Shown here: positions 55,101-64,000 of the stretch, one piece after another | Position numbering within the stretch: position 1 is the stretch's first letter | Layout: every line of letters begins with the position of its first letter | NCBI GenBank assembly: GCA_030141605.1 | Contig: JAQGDQ010000017.1 | Span: 62,001 to 126,000, forward strand | From: Tubiluchus corallicola | Taxonomy: Eukaryota > Animalia > Priapulida | Length of the DNA: 64,000 nucleotides | Direction: 5' to 3' | Position numbers and translations under genes: made by a program | The notes under the pieces: model-generated | Told to the model about the DNA's origin: nothing | Databases searched by the model: none | Seen by the model: the letters and a program-made list of their open reading frames with translations, nothing else

Positions 55101-58100
55101 GGCTGAGAAAGTGGCACTGTTGAACAAGTTCTACGATTTGAAGAAGGAGAACCCTGGGGTCAGCTTGCGGGCTGCGGCAGAAACCCTTGAAACGAAAAAG
55201 AGCGCTCTGCACTTGATGATCAAGAACGAAGCCGAACTTCGTCATGAAGCTGCTGAGGACGGTGTGCAAATCAAGCGACATCGGTGTGGAAAGGATGAAG
55301 ACATCGAGGACGCTCTGCTGCGGTTCTACAACTGGGCCCACCAGCGAAACATCCCTCTTAGTGGTCCATTGTTGATGGAAAAGGCCAAGGCAATCGCTGA
55401 AGGAGCGGGTGTTGCGTTCAATCCAACCGATGGGTGGTTTTCGAGGTGGAAAAAGAGAAACGGTTTGACTTTCATCACATTGCGAGGAGAAGCAGCCGAG
55501 GCCGAGACATCAAGTGCCGACGATTTCTTGAAGAAGGAATGGCCGACTTTGTTGGGTCAGTTTGACAGGAAGGACATTTTCAACACCGACGAAACGGGGA
55601 TCTACTTCCGCGCTCTTCCTGGTTCGACGTACGTCAAACAGCGCAACAAGAAGACGGCAAAGGGCTTCAAAACTGCCAAGGACCGGATCACTGCACTTGT
55701 CACGTGCAGCCTCGAAGGAGAGCGGCTTCCCCTCCTGATTATCGGCAAATCCAAATCGCCACGGTGCTTCAAAGGCCGTGAACTGCCGAATGACTGCATT
55801 TACAAGTTCAGCCACAATGCATGGATGACGGCAGCGATCTGGGAGAGTTTTCTGCGCGAACTCGACCTCCAGATGGGGCGGCAGCAGCGAAACATCTTGC
55901 TTTTGGCAGACAATTGCAGCGCCCATGCACAGGTTCAGGGACTGAAGAATGTGACGATTCGCTTCCTGCCACCAAACACGACTTCGGTTCTGCAACCATG
56001 TGACCAAGGGATCATCAGGGTGCTGAAGGCTCTCTTCCGGACAGCGATTCGCCGCAAAATCTTGCAGATCATGGAGGATCTCGAAGATGAAAATTCTTCT
56101 GCACACGAAGTCGTGAAGAAGTTGAACGTGTTGCAAGCCATGGAAATGCTCTCTGTCGCGTGGAAGACGGTCAAGCCGGAGACCATTGTGAACTGCTGGA
56201 GGAAGGGAGGCTTTGGAAATGTCGACGAGGAGGTCGACGAAGTTGCAACTGCAATTCCCGTCCCAGATGAGGTCCCTGAAAGCGACGCCGAGGACTTCAT
56301 TGCTTGGGTGGCAGTCGACGACGACGCAGAAATTGCTGAAGAGAGGACGAGTGAAGAGATGACGCATGACCTGGTGCAACACGTTGCTGCGGCAAAAACC
56401 GAAGTTGAAGATTCCGAAGAAGACGACGATGAGGAAGAAGCGGAGCCTGTTGTCTCGTCGAAAGAAATGAGGGCCGCCCTTGAGGTGCTGGAGCGAGGCC
56501 ACAGGCAGAACGGTCTCAACATTGAGAGCTTCGAAACTGTGATAACTTCCTTCCGTTCAAGGTTGAGAGAAAAGTTTCCTGCCAAACAAACTCGTCTGAC
56601 TTCTTTTTTTCAATAAAACAGGAGACGAGATGATACAGACTGTTTTTTGCCTTTTTTAATGAAGGGGAAGGGTCACTTCGCTTAATATGGACAGCCGCTT
56701 AATATGGACATACACTGCTGGCCCGAGGTGTCCATAATAAGCGGCGGCCACTGTATTGCCTTGTTAAAGTTAACAGTGAAACTCAGAGACAAGTAGAAAC
56801 AGCATGTTGCATCACTCGTGAATGCATTTTTTCTTAACTTATACTTCAGAGAATCTTAGTACCTTTCGTACACAATGCTTTTGTGTGGATATTTTGTGAA
56901 GTCTGACTAATGTAACTGTGGTTACCACCATGAAGAAAGGAGCTTAAATTGAAGTGTGGTGCAAAACTTTTGAACTCTTTTTCTTTCTTTAATTGTCCAA
57001 GACTATCACTCTTTATCATAAATTCAGCACCACCATTGCTGTCCACTGCCATACTGTCTAACCACACAATTCCTGTCTTCAAAGTCGCTCAACAAGAGCC
57101 AATTCAATTTTTCGTTCAAATTTTTTTACAAAACTCTGTGGCATGAACAGCAATCAATAACTTTGTCTCCCACTAGTTTATGCTGATGTCCTAAATTATG
57201 TGCTTATTACTGTTTGTTCATCTTCAGTGGTTTATGGCCTAAACAGTATCTGTAATTCTGTGTTGCATTAATACAAAAAATATATTCTAACCAGTTGTGA
57301 AATATGGTGACGTTTTCTTTAGATCAGCCGCATGTATTAGTAGTCCCTAACAAAGATCCCTTGAAGCTAGAGCAGGGAACACAAACGTCAATCAGATGCG
57401 AAGTTGATGCAAATCCTGCCGTTACGTATGTCAGGTGGTTCAAAGATGGCGTTGAGCTATCTTCAAAAGCATATGTAAGTAGGACAAAACATTTTGTCAT
57501 AACACTAATTTAATTAAGTTAAAACTTTATTATTGCAACTGAGAGTTAAATAATTGGCAGGTAATCATGAAAATGATTATTTCAGATAAAAATTTATTTG
57601 AAAAGATATTGTAGTGAACGGCAGTGTCCCATTGGTTTATTAATGAAAGTGCCTGCTATTTAAGACTTGAACAATGATCATACAAGACCAGCTAGTTCCT
57701 GGTCATGATGTGGATGGATTCAGTTTACTTCATCACTTGTAATAATTATTGTAAAATTACTTTTCTAGACCAGTTTTGGGAAAAATCTGTAGGATCAGAT
57801 ATTTTTGTTTACTTTTTAAGCAATGCACATTGCCACAAGAAGCTGCTACTTGTTTTGCCATCCATAAAGGAATTCAGTTTTACAATGTTGAGTAGAGATT
57901 CATAAGTTATTTAAGGTTTTTCATTAGATCAATAAGTTTTTTACGTTGCAGGAGTTTGTCTTTAATCCAGTTACTGAAGATCACACTGGTGTATATAGGT
58001 GTGAGGCAAGGAACAATCTTGGACAAGGACGAGATGAAATCACCATAGTAACTTTGCGTATGTACTTGTTTTAGATTACTTTTTACATTATAAACAATCA

Positions 58101-61100
58101 TCAAATAAAAATCTTTGCAAACTGATGGCTTATTACACATCCGGTAAGCATTACATACATACATAACAATAAAAAGTATGCATATAGCAGTAAAGCACTA
58201 AGGAACAGCTGAGTGACATCTGTGAGCGATTGAATTTAAGCAAGGAAAGCTTGGTCAGTAGGCAGATAAGTGATCACTTGGAAAACTTCTCCTGGAGGTT
58301 TCATCTGTCATACTGCCCTTGACTGTTTGCTTTGAGGAAGATGTATACAAATCTGTATGTCTCATTTGCCATTGCAGTTCAGTATTTCATTGTAGAAGAT
58401 TATATTCATAGTGAGTTGGGTCCACTAGCCCATTTGGCAAGTTAATGCTTACTCTTAGAAACACATATTACAAGAACGCAATGAGACTGCATTAAATTAA
58501 GTGTGTAACGTCGTATTGGTTTTAATGTATTGTGGTCCTTTTTAGATGCCCCAAGATTAACGACTCCGCCAAAACTTGAATCTAATGAATTTGGTGATAT
58601 CAGTGTTACATGCGACATAGATGCTAACCCTCTTCCAACTGTCGCCGGGTGGTGGAAGGGACAGCGGCAGATATCAGGCAGTGCCACACTTAGATTAAAT
58701 CGAGTCACCCGTCAGGATGGGGGTAACTACACATGCAAGGTTACGAATGTGCTTGACTTGTCGCTAGAAGATCAGCCGCAAACAAGAACTCAGGAGTCCG
58801 TCACATTTGTTCAGATAAACTGTAAGTAACGTGTTTTCTGCTTGAATTATTTGACATTTTAGGCAAAGCCTTCTTCGCTTCTGATTAATTGTGTTTTAGC
58901 AGAGTTAAACAAACTTGTTCTGGGTTATTAATGGTACATGGAAACAATGATTTATATATAACGTTTATATATAACTATATTTATAACTATTCATGATATT
59001 TATAATTATATTTATATATTTACAATTATAATTATATATAAACAATGATCGTATAACATTTGATATGCATGGTGTTCAAGCAAGATCTCGTTTGCCTTTT
59101 TTTAGTGGATTTAGTTACATATTTGTTCATAGTGCAATAATGATCATCCTTTTGCTAACAGATGCTCCTGGACCGGCATCAGTTGAACCAGTACCTCCAG
59201 TGAACACAGGGGAGTCTGCTGTGCTGATGTGCTCAGTGACCGATTATGGAGTGCCTCGTGGTGACTTCGAATGGCGTAGAAAAGGAGAGACCACAGTCAT
59301 CTGGCGTGGTGCCAATTACCAACCTGGGCAACTGGGTTTGTCTGATAATGGTGTCTATGAATGCTTAGTGAGAAACAGTATTGGCGCTGGAACACCAGGT
59401 GCCGTGACACTTGTCGTGAACCGTAAGTTAACCACGTATTTTTATGATAACCATTTGCATACGTGTGTTGTAAGCTGTTCAGTAGGAGAACTTTCTTGTG
59501 GTACGCAATAGTTGTGTATGTTTAGGTTCTGCGTTCCTATTACTTATGCTGCATTGTGCAGAAATATTCAGTTCATATCTGTATTCAGATGAGGCAGTTC
59601 CTTGCTATGGTCAAAATGCTCCTTGTTTTAAGGTCTGCAGATAATAACGGCAAAAACTATGCATTCTTGTTTGGTTTCTAATGGACAGAGTTCACGCTAG
59701 ACATCACTCTTTTATCAGGCACTTCGTGATTGCCATTTCCAGACTTGTATGTTTCAAATCCAAATTGCTCACTCTTGACAGAACTAATAACTGAAGCCCC
59801 ACTCCCAGGTTTCTGTATCTTCCCTAATTCATTTTAAGCTTGTTTGTAAGCACCATCTGAATTAAATTTATAGTTGTATTAGGGATGTTAGTGCCTCTGA
59901 GTGGATATGTAAATAGATGTGATTTGACAGTCATTACCTGTGTAATGCTGAGATATATAGATGTGTATTAGATTAGAATCCTCAAAAGAAAAATTTTAGC
60001 CTGTGAACTATAATCACCAGCTAATAATTGTTACAAATTTCGTTCTTTTGACTTCTGCTTTTGAATTGCTTATGCTGATGCCATATTGAAGATCCTTTTC
60101 ATGAGGATTTTATAGTGGTATAATTTTTGCTGTTCCTGTCCTGAATCTCACTCTCTTATAACTGTAGGATATTATTGCTAAAAATGTTTTTGCTTGATTT
60201 TTTTGCAGAGGCTCCAGAGCTGATTGCCTATCCTCCCAACAACATCCACCACAACGAATCTCACACTGGATTATTTGTCACGTGTGGAGCACGTGGAAAG
60301 CCAACTCCATCCATTGAGTGGTATAAGAATGGAGAACGGCTAAGTGATAGTACAGATTTCTACAAAATTGTTTCAAACACAGTAAGAAACTTATTACTAT
60401 GCAATGCATAATGAGACAGTGTAGTTATATGCAAAAACATTATTTTCTGATCGTAATTTAGTTGTTGATCTGTTAAGCTGGTTTGACGTCGAAGTAAGTC
60501 CCATTTTATCCTGCCGAGCAAGGGTTCTGGTTCTGTGTATAAGTAAAGACTGACTAGTTATCCTTGTTTTGCCACCAAAAACAATTTGCACCATGTACTG
60601 GGATAAGATTGGAGTGTCAGTGTCTTTGTAGTTCATGCTCTTTTCCAGTATATTTACAGTCTGTTGATACTTTTGGCCAGTTTATTAGTACGAATTCTTG
60701 ACTGTCTGGCTCATTTATCATCTTCTAATTTTTAGTTATTGGGCAGTTGTTTATTGGTAGAGTTTTGCAAAAATTTAAGTTTATCATGACATTTTAGATA
60801 TTTTTGTCGCAAAGAGAGCTTAATGTACATAATAGATTTACGGAATAATTATTTTAGACTCAAGTGAACGTGTACATTTCGGAAGCCACAAGTACATTAT
60901 GGTGGCGTGGACCTCATCGTAAAAGTTTCAATGACCAAAATCATGATGACGCGTTGCTACGCAGCGACAATGGCTTTTATGAATGTAGAGCCGTCGGATC
61001 AGGGCGAGAGGCATCGCACACGTTAAGACTTGCTGTAAATTGTAAGTATTTACTTATCTATAACTTGTCTAACATGTGTACTTCTTCATTTCATTGTCTG

Positions 61101-64000
61101 ACAAGCATAAAATTAATTATTATGTTAAACAAACACAGTTGTAATTTTTCAACAGTGTTAAGATTGGCAGCAGCTATCATTATGAGAATTGTTTATCAAA
61201 ACAGCTAAAGCTGCCCTGTGTTGCACTGCCTATAGTACTTATATCTTGTTTTCAAAATATTTTGTTCTGGTAAAAGCTCAAAAGTCTGCCACTTGTCAGC
61301 TTTGACCTCTGTGAAAGAATTTGCTCGTACTTGGTATAATCTCGTCATACTAACTGTTTGCTAGTTAAATGTTTCTCACTCACTGCTAAACTTTGATTTT
61401 TCACGCTCTTAAGTTCTTTTTAAATACAATATTGTGTATTTGTTAGATGCTCCAGTTGTGGCGTCGAATCGGACGAAGTTCGCTTACAATATAGGTGACC
61501 AGGCATCACTGCTTTGTACCACCAACTCCATGCCCGAGCCAACATACATTTGGTTCAAACAATCTTCTGGCCAACAGATAACAGAAAATGAACGTTTCTC
61601 TCTGGAAACTTTCATAAGTGACGGCACTGAAAAATCTGAAAGTCAGTTAGTAATCAATGATGTGAAAGCCGAAGACCTTGGAGAGTACCGATGCGTGGCA
61701 AGCAACATGATCGGACAGGGGTCAGGAACTATCACCCTGCAGCGGAAAAGTATGTGCCTGTAATTTCTTTTATAATGGCAGTTTTTGCTACCAAAATGTT
61801 AACTTATTCAGAGCACTTACAACTTAATGAGATGTGGAATGCTACTCAGCTGCTTGGTGTCCTCTTGAAATTTTATTCAGCTTTGATTTTTTTGTTATAC
61901 CTATCCAATAAACACGTGGAAAACTACGCCATATGACTAGTGTAATTCACTATAGTGTAATATAGTGAAGGCTTAGTGACAAAATTCTTTTGAAAATCGA
62001 AATATGTTTTAGAAAGTCAGAAAGCGGATTTCTGCACTTGACTAACAGTAACACCTATATGATGCTTTTTCTGTTCACCTGTAAGTCCATTGTCAGCTCC
62101 ATTATATTGAAGTATTTAATAGTTGTGAAACATTACAGTCTTCTCTAATTAATGATTGTTTCTTTATAGCAGTTTACTAAAGGCCCTTTAAAGGTCCACT
62201 GCTGTCAAAATGCATTACTGACTACGTGATACAAAAAAGCGGGTTTATTTCTTTATAAATTTGCGCGTTTCGATTTGGTTAGCTTTGAAACACTTCAAAT
62301 TTATCGCCCACAGACGTCTTGCGAAAGCAAAAAATCAGGAAAGGAAGTGGAAGTGACGTCCCGTAAGGAACGACACTGGGCATGTATGACTCTTGCTGTA
62401 TTTACATGTGAGAAAAATCAAGCGGTATGCTGGTAATGGAGAGCTTGGGGTACTTGCTGAAGGCATTTTAGTGTTTCGCTCAAATCATAGCAGTTAATTT
62501 TCTGTTTTCTGATCATTTCTGGTTTATAAATATTTCCCTGCCAAGTTATCTTTTGCCCAATGTGCCATTCAGACAATGCTTCTGACAAAATATGATTGTT
62601 TTTGTTTTTCAGCCTATAAAATTGTAAAATAATATTTCAAAATGCGAAGAAATGGAGGTTACCATTAAAATTGGGATTTCCATTAAATTGTTAGGGTTGG
62701 CATGTTTTGCTGCTAACGTAGACTAAATTAGTTTTCATGAAATTTAGCTAGAAAGGTTGATTATTACCTTACTTACTGTGGATCTAACCCATAATAGTGG
62801 CTAGCAGCTGACTTGTAGCATAATTTAATTCACAGGAGCACTCGGCACACCTATTGTTCATACAGCCTACCCACAATTTAAATAATAGTACAGTAACATC
62901 ATCTGCATACTGTATTTGTTACTACAAATTTACCGTTCCTTGCAGGTTTGTAAATTGAAGACTGATTCTAATAAGTTTATTGACTATGAATAGATAAATA
63001 CTTTTGCAAGAAATGCCTTTATTAATGGGTAAATCATTACTCAGCAAAAACCGCTGTGCTCCAGTGCTTTTCTTGCTGGGACCGCTGGTTGTCTACCGTA
63101 CTGCAGCTCGTTAAATGCCTCTTCCTTACATGACATCACTGCACTGAGTGCCATGGCGGGCGATAATGTTTGTTACAGTACCAACAGTGCTTAATTTAAG
63201 TTACCATATCACATAAAGTATGCATCTGAATTATTTTAAAAATTAGGAAATATGTAATTTTCCCTACATTATAAAAGAAAATAACATAAAAAATAGTGTC
63301 ATAGGACTTTTATTGAGAACTAAAATATTAAATTCAAGTATAGCAGTAAAATGCTGCTAAGGCAACTTTAGTGAAAAATATCTCTATTCAGATACAGTGT
63401 TTTATTTAGAATTTTAAAGTATTATCAACTTTCAAGAGCCATGTACACCAGTCGTTCAAGACTATCCATCAATATTTTAAGGATATTTTGATATCAAATT
63501 ATGCTTTTAATTTCTATCTGTTTTTAACAGGTGTACCTGATCCGCCTGTTGGATTAGAAGCCCTCCAAGTGACTTACGAATCTGTCATGCTGAGGTGGAC
63601 ACCCGGATTTGATGGAGGCGAGGAACAGGACTTCCTTCTACGTTACATTGATGGTGGCCAAGAAACGACAATACAAGTACAGCCACCTACTGCATCTGAA
63701 TTTAATCTCACAGGTGTGTAGTGTAAATCCGTGCCATTTTCACTGTTCTACATTTGCTCACCTTAGCTTGTGTTTGAGATTGTTTCCTGAATGCAATGTA
63801 TTTGAGATCGTTTCCCAACTACTTTTTCTAATCTCAAAGCAAGTAATATTGTGCTGTTAACTGCAAATGTAGCTGTTTGAGAAAACCGATTTTAAAATTT
63901 GCTGTACATGCATAATTTTGTTTTTCAGGCTTGCAGCAAGCTCGGGAGTACACATTTACCGTTCAGGCTATTAACTCTCTTGGCGTTAGTAAAACATCCA
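22565..64000 (+). CDS. Echinoid/nephrin-like Ig-superfamily cell adhesion protein (signal peptide, 7 Ig domains, FN3), 14 exons in window, 3' incomplete
   Basis: Exons 22565-22622, 51608-51719, 52602-52810, 53578-53695, 54322-54506, 57323-57474, 57952-58057, 58546-58821, 59162-59422, 60209-60381, 60858-61041, 61447-61749, 63531-63713 and 63929->64000 join in one open frame through GT-AG introns with consistent phases. Ig Cys/Trp/DxGxYxC motifs, GGSPPP in Ig2 and WTPGFDGG in FN3. Confidence 0.9.
28641..28710 (+). mobile_element. tRNA-derived SINE head or tRNA pseudogene
   Basis: A box TAGCTCAGATAGG (28648-28660) and B box GGTTCGAATCC (28690-28700); no proper acceptor or anticodon stems. Confidence 0.6.
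29520..29632. repeat. Pentanucleotide microsatellite (CATAC/TATAC/TATGC)n
   Basis: Directly visible. Confidence 0.9.
31910..33068. mobile_element. Foldback-like non-autonomous element with long modular inverted arms
   Basis: Left arm (31910-~32270) is built of ~15-18-bp subrepeats of the form AAAnTTTGGTAC; right arm (~32775-33068) carries the reverse complement GTACCAAAnTTT. Near-perfect 56-bp tandem duplication at 32015-32070 / 32071-32126; low-complexity centre. Confidence 0.75.
35319..35372. repeat. (TA)n(GA)n compound microsatellite
   Basis: Directly visible. Confidence 0.95.
35833..36218. mobile_element. hAT-like MITE with TTCGAA/ATTCGA subterminal repeats
   Basis: Right end ATGCTCATCCCTA and degenerate left end TAGG-ATTAGCAT; dense ATTCGA/TCGAAT motifs near both ends. 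No clean TSD. Confidence 0.55.
39470..39545 (+). mobile_element. Second degenerate tRNA-derived SINE head
   Basis: CTACC...AAGGCGCTGGGTTCGATACC...ACGTTTT parallels CTACC...AAGGTGCTGGGTTCGAATCC...ACGTTTT at 28674-28717. Confidence 0.45.
40101..40187. repeat. (AAT)n microsatellite
   Basis: Directly visible; explains the poly-Tyr ORF at 39918-40334. Confidence 0.97.
48940..49145. mobile_element. Abutting termini of PIF/Harbinger-like MITE fragments
   Basis: TGTCTGTGCGGAC (48948-48960) and its reverse complement (48997-49009) flank GCAGTGGAAACGCGGCC-TAA-GGGTGCACACTGC. A TAA junction is typical of Harbinger target sites. Confidence 0.4.
51608..51719 (+). CDS. Ig gene exon 2 (Ig1 N-half)
   Basis: TTTTCAG| (V)LCQFLQQPGRTVEVTRGGNVTLTCQF...QQA AG|GTTAGT. 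Confidence 0.88.
52602..52810 (+). CDS. Ig gene exon 3 (Ig1 C-half)
   Basis: TTTTGCAG| LYWYAH...YDLTILSANYTRDDQNFSCRA...VTVL A|GTAAGT. Confidence 0.92.
53578..53695 (+). CDS. Ig gene exon 4 (Ig2 N-half), absent from the ORF track
   Basis: Branch point ACTAAC, then CTTGCAG| PPGIPVVTISPDSSTFREGDPVTLRCETRGGSPPPAVI TG|GTACGT. Confidence 0.92.
54322..54506 (+). CDS. Ig gene exon 5 (Ig2 C-half)
   Basis: TTTTAG| YDPNG...ASRQDHQKDYTCEVYN...LNIR T|GTAAGT. Confidence 0.92.
54745..56753 (+). mobile_element. Complete pogo/Tigger-family DNA transposon, 2009 bp, in intron 5 of the Ig gene
   Basis: Perfect 26-bp TIRs CAGTGGCCGCCGCTTATTATGGACAC (54745-54770; reverse complement 56728-56753); TA on both sides (54743-54744, 56754-56755); subterminal CG(C/G)TTA(A/T)T(A/G)TGGACA repeats; one uninterrupted transposase ORF. 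Confidence 0.98.
55075..56616 (+). CDS. pogo/Tigger transposase (CENP-B-type HTH plus DDE_1 domain), 513 aa
   Basis: First ATG at 55075 (MGKRK). HTH region PLSGPLLMEKA...GWFSRWKKR; catalytic DETG, DNCSAH and QPCDQG with 30 residues between the second and third Asp (DD30D); C-terminal PIP-box-like QTRLTSFF; AATAAA overlaps the stop (56612-56617). Confidence 0.96.
   Translation: MGKRKDRSAAEKVALLNKFYDLKKENPGVSLRAAAETLETKKSALHLMIKNEAELRHEAAEDGVQIKRHRCGKDEDIEDALLRFYNWAHQRNIPLSGPLLMEKAKAIAEGAGVAFNPTDGWFSRWKKRNGLTFITLRGEAAEAETSSADDFLKKEWPTLLGQFDRKDIFNTDETGIYFRALPGSTYVKQRNKKTAKGFKTAKDRITALVTCSLEGERLPLLIIGKSKSPRCFKGRELPNDCIYKFSHNAWMTAAIWESFLRELDLQMGRQQRNILLLADNCSAHAQVQGLKNVTIRFLPPNTTSVLQPCDQGIIRVLKALFRTAIRRKILQIMEDLEDENSSAHEVVKKLNVLQAMEMLSVAWKTVKPETIVNCWRKGGFGNVDEEVDEVATAIPVPDEVPESDAEDFIAWVAVDDDAEIAEERTSEEMTHDLVQHVAAAKTEVEDSEEDDDEEEAEPVVSSKEMRAALEVLERGHRQNGLNIESFETVITSFRSRLREKFPAKQTRLTSFFQ
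57323..57474 (+). CDS. Ig gene exon 6 (Ig3 N-half)
   Basis: TTCTTTAG| QPHV...IRCEVDANPAVTYVRWFKDG...KAY |GTAAGT. Confidence 0.93.
57952..58057 (+). CDS. Ig gene exon 7 (Ig3 C-half), absent from the ORF track
   Basis: GTTGCAG| EFVFNPVTEDHTGVYRCEARNNLGQGRDEITIVTL C|GTATGT. Confidence 0.92.
58546..58821 (+). CDS. Ig gene exon 8 (Ig4)
   Basis: APRL...VTCDIDANP...WWK...QDGGNYTCKV...VQIN T|GTAAGT. Confidence 0.94.
59162..59422 (+). CDS. Ig gene exon 9 (Ig5)
   Basis: APGPA...LMCSV...FEWRR...SDNGVYECLV...LVVN C|GTAAGT. Confidence 0.94.
60209..60381 (+). CDS. Ig gene exon 10 (Ig6 N-half)
   Basis: APEL...VTCGARGKPTPSIEWYKNG...SNT |GTAAGA. Confidence 0.93.
60858..61041 (+). CDS. Ig gene exon 11 (Ig6 C-half)
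   Basis: TQVNVYISEATSTLWW...SDNGFYECRA...LAVN T|GTAAGT. Confidence 0.92.
61447..61749 (+). CDS. Ig gene exon 12 (Ig7)
   Basis: APVV...LLCTT...YIWFK...EDLGEYRCVASNMIG...LQRK A|GTATGT. Confidence 0.95.
63531..63713 (+). CDS. Ig gene exon 13 (FN3 N-part)
   Basis: VPDPPVGL...VMLRWTPGFDGGEEQDFLLRY...FNLT G|GTGTGT. Confidence 0.94.
63929..64000 (+). CDS. Ig gene exon 14 (FN3 C-part), truncated by the window edge
   Basis: TTTTTCAG| (G)LQQAREYTFTVQAINSLGVSKTS, the FN3 L...Y...V.A.N..G motif. Confidence 0.9.

Noticed and set aside
55510-56585. Long antisense ORFs (330 aa and 216 aa) inside the transposon
   Set aside because: Shadow frames of a GC-rich coding sequence; no recognisable motifs.

Overview
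AT-rich, intron-containing animal (invertebrate-like) genomic DNA; the species cannot be determined from the sequence. Left end, minus strand: an intronless CHRAC1 ORF (775-1089) lies only 277 nt upstream of the first coding exon of HINFP (284-497, continuing out of the window), with no canonical poly(A) signal or obvious promoter between them. Next come a Kolobok-like MITE, a complete U3 snoRNA gene (6062-6283) with PSE-like and TATA elements and a variant box D, and a decayed LINE. Most of the window is one plus-strand cell-adhesion gene: a signal-peptide exon at 22565, a 29-kb first intron, then 13 more exons encoding 7 Ig domains and the start of an FN3 domain (echinoid/nephrin-like), running off the right edge. 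Its fifth intron holds a complete, apparently young 2009-bp pogo/Tigger transposon with perfect 26-bp TIRs, TA TSD and an intact DD30D transposase. The element is in sense orientation, has a strong splice acceptor directly before its ATG and its own poly(A) signal, so it may act as an exon trap. Several non-autonomous elements (foldback-like, hAT-like, Helentron/HINE-like, Harbinger-like, tRNA-derived SINE heads) and microsatellites are also present. All family assignments come from motif recognition by eye; no searches were run.
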